Source: a virus
Taxonomy: Duplodnaviria; Caudoviricetes
Length of the DNA: 31,086 nucleotides
Strand: one strand, 5' to 3'
Virus record (IMG/VR): IMGVR_UViG_3300032225_001122
Span: 1-31,086 of that record
In this document: positions 24,996 through 31,086 of the stretch, in pieces
Numbering within the stretch: the first letter of the stretch is position 1
Layout of the letters: each line of letters starts with the position of its first letter
Translations under genes and position numbers: made by a program
The notes under the pieces: model-generated
Told to the model about the DNA's origin: nothing
Databases searched by the model: none
What the model saw: the letters and a program-made list of their open reading frames with translations, nothing else

Positions 24996-25618
24996 ACTCC
25001 TACCGCCTTATTTACTCTATCGTTAATAATTTGATTAGCAATTCGATTAAAACAGTTTTTTACGGTTCCGCGAAGCTCATCTCTAGTTCCGTTATTGTCA
25101 ATAATCAAATCCCAATTTGCAACTAACTTGCCTTCTGATGCGTGGCCAGTAGTATGACCCTTAACATCTCTACGCACCTTCCAAAGTTCTCCACCAGCAT
25201 CAATCACGCGACCAATTTCGTTTTGATAACGAACATCAGGAATAACTAATACATCACAGGCGCGATGAATTCCCATATAACGTTCTTTGGGATTTTTAGG
25301 ATTAGGAATTACCTGATCAAGCCAAAAACTATTACCAAACATGTCTCTATGACCTTCTGTACCATACTGTTGCAGAAACTCTCGTCCTGAAATTTTACCC
25401 CAAGGGGTGTGAATCTGGCCTTCTTCTTTAAGATCGTCCATCTTGGCAATAAGGTCGGAGTCTGATCCGGAAAGTCCAAGCGATTTAGCAGCAGACACTT
25501 TAAGTGCGTCTGCAAAACCTTGACGTTCAAAACGAATAAGCGGAAATTCTTCTAGAAGCATACGATAAATCGTATCTTTTCCGCTGCGAGATGGGCCATG
25601 AATTCCTAGTACTAGCAT
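24992..25618 (-). CDS. deoxynucleoside monophosphate kinase
   Basis: GPSRSGKDT, FADALK, REFLQQYGTEGHR, PDVRYQNE, HASE. Confidence 0.9.
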   Translation of the reverse strand: MLVLGIHGPSRSGKDTIYRMLLEEFPLIRFERQGFADALKVSAAKSLGLSGSDSDLIAKMDDLKEEGQIHTPWGKISGREFLQQYGTEGHRDMFGNSFWLDQVIPNPKNPKERYMGIHRACDVLVIPDVRYQNEIGRVIDAGGELWKVRRDVKGHTTGHASEGKLVANWDLIIDNNGTRDELRGTVKNCFNRIANQIINDRVNKAVGV

Positions 25619-25839
25619 CAGTTTTCACCCTTTTCAAGGGCGCTGTTTTGCAGCTGCAATAGACTAATATTCATCTGAGTAAACATACCAATTACAGAGG
25701 TCATATTACTTTTAAGCTCCGTAACTTGAGTAGCAAGGTTTGCAACCTCTTCAAACACATCTTCAGTAACGTCGTTTACAATGTCTTCAATTGCATCCAT
25801 GCGCTCATTTAGGGCTTCAATTGCGTGACTGTCACTCAT
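25618..25839 (-). CDS. coiled-coil hypothetical protein
   Basis: ORF 25618..25863; GGGAG RBS before MSDSH. Confidence 0.7.
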   Translation of the reverse strand: MSDSHAIEALNERMDAIEDIVNDVTEDVFEEVANLATQVTELKSNMTSVIGMFTQMNISLLQLQNSALEKGEN

Positions 25840-26092
25840 TGTTACTCCCATACTTTTGTTCAATTAACTGATCAACTCGTACCTGAGCCAAAGCCTGTAG
25901 TTCATCGTCAAGCACATCTTGTTTTTCTTTACGGAACGCAGCGACCTGCTCTGCATCCCAATCTTCTGGAATAGACCACTTCTCAGACTGCGAGAAGTGA
26001 AAATCCTCAGAGTACTCAAATTTAATAATTTGAACTTTGCCGCCAACAGACGATGAAACTGTGATTTCTAACGGCTTAGGATCGTTACTCAT
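25832..26092 (-). CDS. hypothetical protein
   Basis: 86 aa, ATGA coupling. Confidence 0.75.
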   Translation of the reverse strand: MSNDPKPLEITVSSSVGGKVQIIKFEYSEDFHFSQSEKWSIPEDWDAEQVAAFRKEKQDVLDDELQALAQVRVDQLIEQKYGSNNE

Positions 26093-26262
26093 GCTCTTGT
26101 TACATTAACTGCATACTTTTCACGCTTCGCAATATGAGTGATGCTATCTGCAATTTCATTAGCAACACTATCTGCAATTGGAGCGCCGGACATATCGTAC
26201 ACTACAACGCAAACAGACTGCTTGCGTGTGTGGGGGTTTTCCTTCTTTTTTACTTTACTCAT
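26089..26262 (-). CDS. hypothetical protein
   Basis: ORF 26089..26292; GGAG RBS before MSKVK. Confidence 0.7.
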   Translation of the reverse strand: MSKVKKKENPHTRKQSVCVVVYDMSGAPIADSVANEIADSITHIAKREKYAVNVTRA

Positions 26263-27538
26263 AACGTTTGTCTCCATAGTATAGCACACCATCTACATAG
26301 GTGGCTAGATCAATTTTAAACTTACCATCAGGCCATACCCACGCAGTTGCAAACCCATTTAACCAGTCTGGAGCCACTGCGTATCCTAGCCCGTCTTCAA
26401 TACGACACATGCAACCCGTTTCTACACCAGTAATTGTAGATGGTTTGCCGTTAATATCATGCTTGGTCTTATAAACCAAACCTTGACGATGAGTGTGACC
26501 AACAATAATGCTGTACCCAAGGTGTTCAAGAGAAGCCAACGCGCTAGCTCCCGAACCTCTCTTGGCAATCCACCCATGTCTTGCTGCAAGGTGAGGTGAT
26601 ACCTCAATTTGAGCTTGCTCCCAGCTTCCATTAGGGCGTACAAATTCAACCCCAAGTTCGTCCAATCTCATAAGATTTTGTACATCCAGAAGCGGAGACT
26701 CGGGAAGTTCGTTCTTACCCTTTGCTCTACGGATTCCATAAAAATCTCTAAGATTATCAATGACGGCTCTACGCAATCTATAATCATGATTGCCTTCAAG
26801 TTTAGTCCAAGACGTTGATTCACTGCTTTCAACGTAATCTCTAATCAACTGATAGCCAACATCAATGCACTGTTGAACGCTTTCATCTAGTTCTGGAGTG
26901 TCTGGGTGGCGACTAATCGTAGGAAGGTCAATTGTATCTCCAATCAAAACGCCGCGATCTGGCTGATAATCAGCAAGCCACTGGCAAAATTTTTCATGAA
27001 GATCTTGATCTTGATAAGGAGCCTGCTGGTCGCCAACGAAGACAACAAGCTCGGGTTTATTCTTATCCTTGTCCTTTTTTCTAAACTTGGATTTTTTAAC
27101 TTCGGGTTTTTTGTAATCGCTAGGCACACGAGCGGGTACGATAATATCGTAAGGCTCAATGCGTTTAAGAGTTACTTTAACCTGCTTAGTTGTTTCGCCT
27201 TTTGCATTTTCCTTAATATGAAAATCTGGCTTTTCAATCTGCCATTCATCGGGATCAAGACCGTGATCTCTAATCAGTTGTTCAATAGCGAATGTATCGC
27301 TATAAACATTTGATACAAGCTCTGCCTTATCGCCCTTAATTTTAATGTAAGGTTGGAGCGCACCAGAGTTGCCTGAGATGCCCCATCTATGCATAGCACG
27401 ACGAATACTTCTATCTGATGTTGTTACACCTAGCTTAGCTAGCTCGGCAACAACTTGGTTAATTGTGTATCCCTTGGATTCAACCCAAGATTCAATCTTG
27501 GCTTTGTGTGCTTCCAGCGGACTTGTCGATTGACTCAT
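26255..27538 (-). CDS. metallophosphoesterase with an N-terminal HTH-like domain
   Basis: GDQQ, GDTID, GNHD, RHG, GHTHR, ETGCMC; N-terminal YTINQVVAELAKLGVTTSDRSIRR. Confidence 0.85.
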   Translation of the reverse strand: MSQSTSPLEAHKAKIESWVESKGYTINQVVAELAKLGVTTSDRSIRRAMHRWGISGNSGALQPYIKIKGDKAELVSNVYSDTFAIEQLIRDHGLDPDEWQIEKPDFHIKENAKGETTKQVKVTLKRIEPYDIIVPARVPSDYKKPEVKKSKFRKKDKDKNKPELVVFVGDQQAPYQDQDLHEKFCQWLADYQPDRGVLIGDTIDLPTISRHPDTPELDESVQQCIDVGYQLIRDYVESSESTSWTKLEGNHDYRLRRAVIDNLRDFYGIRRAKGKNELPESPLLDVQNLMRLDELGVEFVRPNGSWEQAQIEVSPHLAARHGWIAKRGSGASALASLEHLGYSIIVGHTHRQGLVYKTKHDINGKPSTITGVETGCMCRIEDGLGYAVAPDWLNGFATAWVWPDGKFKIDLATYVDGVLYYGDKRYE

Positions 27539-29792
27539 TTTCCTCTACTCTGTCGTTTACAGGATCTTCAATCAGTTCTTCAGTTACAAAACTGTAGCTT
27601 TTCTTGTTCTTAGCTTTCGGAAGAGCATGAATGGTTTCATTTTCATTCTCTACTCTTGTTTTAGTAGGATTGAGTGTAGCATATTCTTCATCGATATTCA
27701 AATCATTTGCAGCTTCTTTTTGAACCGATGATGGCTTAGGCATTCCGGGTCTACGCTCAAAACTAGCAGGTGGTGCAAAACCATTGCCAGTTCCAGAATC
27801 GTTACCCTCCATTGGAGGTGGGCCTCCGCCCGGAACTCCAGCTGGGCCGCCGCCCGTTGGTCCAAGGCCTTCGGGCATTCCCGGCATTACAATACCTCCG
27901 CCGGGTGCGCCAGCCCCACCGGGTCCTCCACCGGGTCCTCCGGGACCGCCCCCCGGTCCTCCCGGACCACCGGGGCCTTCAGGAGCAGCAGGAGCGGCAG
28001 GCTCTCCGCCCATAACCGTGCGAACCTCAGCATCAAGATCTGGAGGAATCGGAAGGTTAGCTCTATCAAGAGCTTTCCAAGTCTCAACCTTAGCCTGCTG
28101 CTGGTTAATTGTCTTGTACATAAGTTCTTCGTTGTACTCATCAACGAGTTCGCGAATATCATGTTTTACGCCGATCATAAGTTTCTGATCTGGGATTGGA
28201 ATACCCATAGCGCGAAGGCTTTGGAAAAATTGACGCTGAGTGGCTTCGTCACGAAGGTCAAGCGTTTGGAAATTAAGGTCAGGAATGAGAAGCTTATGCT
28301 TAGTAACAATGTGTTTATTACCATCTTCATCATATTCAACAACCTCCTCCATGACTGGAACACGATGATTGCCACGCTTCTCGTACTCCCAATGCTCCTG
28401 AGCTTCAGCAACAACATAAGCGCGTTCCATGTAATGCTTCTTAAGGTAACCTTGGAAAGTTCTAAGAATTTGATTAAGAAATTCAGCTTGTAATGCCGAT
28501 GATGCGTAGGGTTGCGACGATGAACCAGCAGAAAGTAGCGACGGATTAACGCCGAAGATCTGCATGATGCGACGTTCGATGCGGTCAAAGTCATCACCAA
28601 GTCGTGGCATTTGCTCACGACCAAATACATTTTCTACTTCAAGGCCAAAATGGTGAACGAGAAGACGGAAATCAGATGACAACGCAATATCCATATCATC
28701 GCGGAAAGCATCAAGCTCATCCGGGCCGGGAACCCAAGGACCCTGACCATCGCCAAGATCCATAATACCCAAACGGGCAAGGATGAGTGGCGAATAAAGA
28801 CGCTCAGCAATAGCATCCTGTGATGCAAGAAGCTTCTCTTCGTGAATAAGAGTACGAAGGCCGCGTAGAAGAATAGGAGTGCCGTGATCATCCCAATCGG
28901 TCAGAGTATTAGCAACCTGACGAAGAAGAACGTCAGAAATTGGAATATGTTCATTACGACGAAGATAGGGAATAAGCTCAGGGTAATTCATCTCAAGCTG
29001 AGCAAATTCCTTAGCAGGCGACTTGGTTGTAGCCAGACGTTTAAGGTAGTCAGGTGGGACGATCTTCATCTGCTTTGAACCAAGCAGAGGGAAATTTTCG
29101 ATAACTACATCCTCAGGATTAAGAAGTTCTTCACGCTCCCAAATGCCAAGATCCTCATCAAACGAACCGAGAGGGAAGGCTTCGCCAACAGTCCAGTACT
29201 CACGTCCAAGGGACACAAGAAACTCAGGATAATTAAGCTGATCAAGGAATAGATCTTCGTAAAAGCTTTGTAGCTTCTTATCCTTAGACTCAAGCTCCAT
29301 TCCGACAAGCGGGAAGCGAGTAAAAATGTCAATAAGGATGGGAACGAGATAGTGGGTAGCGTAAAACAGACGAAGCCACTTGTGAAGTTTATGTCTATGG
29401 CCCTCGTCGGCAATATTCCAAGGAAGACCGTTTAAGTCCCAGAACTCTAGTGGGTCATAGAAACGAGGGATTGCGGAATAAACATCTCCGCCTGCGCCGC
29501 CCGATGAGGCCAGTCTACGACCAAGACGACGACTGTCGCCCATTGCTCGCATGAGTTCATTGTTCTGCTCAATTTCTGCTACTGTTTGTGAATTTCTGGT
29601 CTTACCGACTCTAATGTTTGATGACCCATAATTAGAGTTACCAACAGCGGCTTTAAGTGGTCCGCCGGGAGTGGTCGCCATTTCGTGCATTGTGGCTGCT
29701 GCCAGTTGAGCGCGAGCGGGATTCTTAGGAAGGGCTACGCCTCGCTTCTTAAGGTTTTCTACCTGCGCATTTAACTTGTCTGTATTACTCAT
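27492..29792 (-). CDS. probable portal protein
   Basis: 766 aa; portal-like blocks (EYWTVGEAFP, ELLNPEDV, HGTPILLR, IFGVNPSLL); G/P-rich C-terminal tail; resembles portals of large actinophages as recalled. Confidence 0.75.
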   Translation of the reverse strand: MSNTDKLNAQVENLKKRGVALPKNPARAQLAAATMHEMATTPGGPLKAAVGNSNYGSSNIRVGKTRNSQTVAEIEQNNELMRAMGDSRRLGRRLASSGGAGGDVYSAIPRFYDPLEFWDLNGLPWNIADEGHRHKLHKWLRLFYATHYLVPILIDIFTRFPLVGMELESKDKKLQSFYEDLFLDQLNYPEFLVSLGREYWTVGEAFPLGSFDEDLGIWEREELLNPEDVVIENFPLLGSKQMKIVPPDYLKRLATTKSPAKEFAQLEMNYPELIPYLRRNEHIPISDVLLRQVANTLTDWDDHGTPILLRGLRTLIHEEKLLASQDAIAERLYSPLILARLGIMDLGDGQGPWVPGPDELDAFRDDMDIALSSDFRLLVHHFGLEVENVFGREQMPRLGDDFDRIERRIMQIFGVNPSLLSAGSSSQPYASSALQAEFLNQILRTFQGYLKKHYMERAYVVAEAQEHWEYEKRGNHRVPVMEEVVEYDEDGNKHIVTKHKLLIPDLNFQTLDLRDEATQRQFFQSLRAMGIPIPDQKLMIGVKHDIRELVDEYNEELMYKTINQQQAKVETWKALDRANLPIPPDLDAEVRTVMGGEPAAPAAPEGPGGPGGPGGGPGGPGGGPGGAGAPGGGIVMPGMPEGLGPTGGGPAGVPGGGPPPMEGNDSGTGNGFAPPASFERRPGMPKPSSVQKEAANDLNIDEEYATLNPTKTRVENENETIHALPKAKNKKSYSFVTEELIEDPVNDRVEENESIDKSAGSTQSQD
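27800..28010 (-). repeat. GC-rich Gly/Pro low-complexity coding repeat (GGPGG)n
   Basis: recurring CCGGGTCCTCC units encoding PGGPGGPGGGPGGPGGG. Confidence 0.85.
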
Positions 29793-29862
29793 ATAAATTA
29801 AGGGCTTGTTTTGACCCTTCTTCCTGTCTCAGTGTAGCAGGTTTGATAGAAGAATACAAGAG

Positions 29863-30288
29863 TTATTGTGCGGGCGCTTCTGGCGCGGGTTGATCGCCGC
29901 CAGAGTTATCAACAAGGTAGCGAACGCGAGTACGACCTGCGCTCATGAATCCGTGGTTGCACTTGCCTTCTGCATGAACTTCGCAACCACGAGGGCAATC
30001 TGTTTTTCCAAGCAATTCAGTCGCCGCATTATTATCTCCCGCCTCTAATGCTTCTAATACAGCGTGAGCGGCGTTAGGCGAAGGTTGATCGCCCTGAGAA
30101 GATTTCTTATGACAACCCTCATCGCACTTTTCGCAAGAACCGGGGGCGCAGGGTTTCGTACCGGGAACGCGCTTATAACCATCCCAACAATTGCAACTTT
30201 TTGCTAGATAGGGAATTTGCTTATAGCGAGCAATAACCTTATCAAGGTTATACTCTGGTTCTGGAAAAATATCAGTCGTAGTACTCAT
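29863..30288 (-). CDS. Cys-rich probable virion/head-associated protein
   Basis: CWDGYKRVPGTKPCAPGSCEK and CPRGCEVHAEGKCNHG; adjacent to the portal. Confidence 0.75.
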   Translation of the reverse strand: MSTTTDIFPEPEYNLDKVIARYKQIPYLAKSCNCWDGYKRVPGTKPCAPGSCEKCDEGCHKKSSQGDQPSPNAAHAVLEALEAGDNNAATELLGKTDCPRGCEVHAEGKCNHGFMSAGRTRVRYLVDNSGGDQPAPEAPAQ

Positions 30289-31084
30289 CGGGATTTTCCT
30301 GAATTTCTCTTAGTAGACTTTCAAGTTCGTCCTCGGATGGGCCTTCAATATCATCAATACCGGCAGGAGTTTCATCTTCTTCGTGAATAACCTCAACTCG
30401 GTCGTTAGGCTTGTCGCCTTCTTCGATGATTTCTTCAATTTCTTCCGCAGGTTCAGAAACGTTGGCCGCATCTTCTTCTGCCCACTTAGCCTCTTCGGCT
30501 GCTTCTTCAGCTGCCTTTTGATCTCTAAGAGTTTGCTTATGCTCATTATGGATTCGAATGTACTCATGAATAGCATTTTCATCACCGCGTTCAAGACCTT
30601 CAAGAACTTCGGGGCTAAGCTCGGGCTGCGGGAAATTGGCGGGATCAAACTCATAAAGGCTCATACCAAGTTCGCCTGCAAGTTGAAGAATGTTGCTGTC
30701 TACAAGAGTTCCGATGGCCGAACGGTCTCCAGCCTCAGCCTTTTGAATAAGCTCAGTAATTGTAGGATACTGTTCAGCTAAAGCGTCAAGGACTTGACGA
30801 GAAGGCATGCCTGCGTCCCAGAGGGCTGCAAGCTTTGCAAGTGCCTCTCTAGTTACGGGATCTGTCTGATTTTTATTAGGAAAAGTTTTAGTTGGGTGCT
30901 GTTCAATGTTGCGAGTGCCTTCAAATCCAGCTTCGTCACCTTTAGCGGTAGGAAGATCTTCGCGCTTCCAAACATTGTTGTCATGCTCCCAAGGGTCGTC
31001 ATTCTTTGCGTAATCAAGATGCTGTTTTACATCCATTTGACGAGTAGGGTGAGGGGAATTTTCGCCCTCGGTTTTGATAGGTTT
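30272..31084 (-). CDS. acidic protein, N-terminus outside the window
   Basis: frame stays open upstream of 31036 (KPIKTEGENSPHPTRQM...) to the window edge; very Glu-rich C-terminus. Confidence 0.8.
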   Translation of the reverse strand, partial: KPIKTEGENSPHPTRQMDVKQHLDYAKNDDPWEHDNNVWKREDLPTAKGDEAGFEGTRNIEQHPTKTFPNKNQTDPVTREALAKLAALWDAGMPSRQVLDALAEQYPTITELIQKAEAGDRSAIGTLVDSNILQLAGELGMSLYEFDPANFPQPELSPEVLEGLERGDENAIHEYIRIHNEHKQTLRDQKAAEEAAEEAKWAEEDAANVSEPAEEIEEIIEEGDKPNDRVEVIHEEDETPAGIDDIEGPSEDELESLLREIQENPDEYYD

Positions 31085-31086
31085 CA

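Noticed and set aside
27770-28493. Plus-strand Pro/Gly-rich ORFs opposite the portal
   Set aside because: Antisense shadows of the GC-rich portal repeat

Overview
A fragment of a large tailed dsDNA bacteriophage genome. No rRNA, tRNA, CRISPR array or transposase was seen. (1) 1-12580 is a minus-strand early/accessory arm of about 36 mostly small hypothetical genes (DUF932, DUF4241-like, lysozyme-like, Zn-ribbon proteins, paralog families). It is punctuated by 11 copies of a fixed-geometry non-canonical promoter-like motif, YTTTACY-N4-CTTTAC-N12-TANNNT. Two copies of a covarying three-way-junction structured element lie directly upstream of two of these motifs. (2) 12700-18103 is a plus-strand island with two small membrane proteins and a 1590-aa internally duplicated protein (2x PcfJ-like domain, 2x DnaJ-type Zn finger). 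(3) 18100-31086 is a minus-strand block with a SWIM-finger protein, two metallophosphoesterases, a Pol-beta-type nucleotidyltransferase, a YunG-like/C2H2/GNAT protein, a HAD 5'-nucleotidase, a dNMP kinase, a probable portal and probable head-associated proteins. The portal and SWIM proteins recall large actinobacterial myoviruses, but host and taxonomy are inference only. All family calls come from motif recognition by eye, not database searches. Several start codons were adjusted from the ORF track using RBS and stop/start overlaps.
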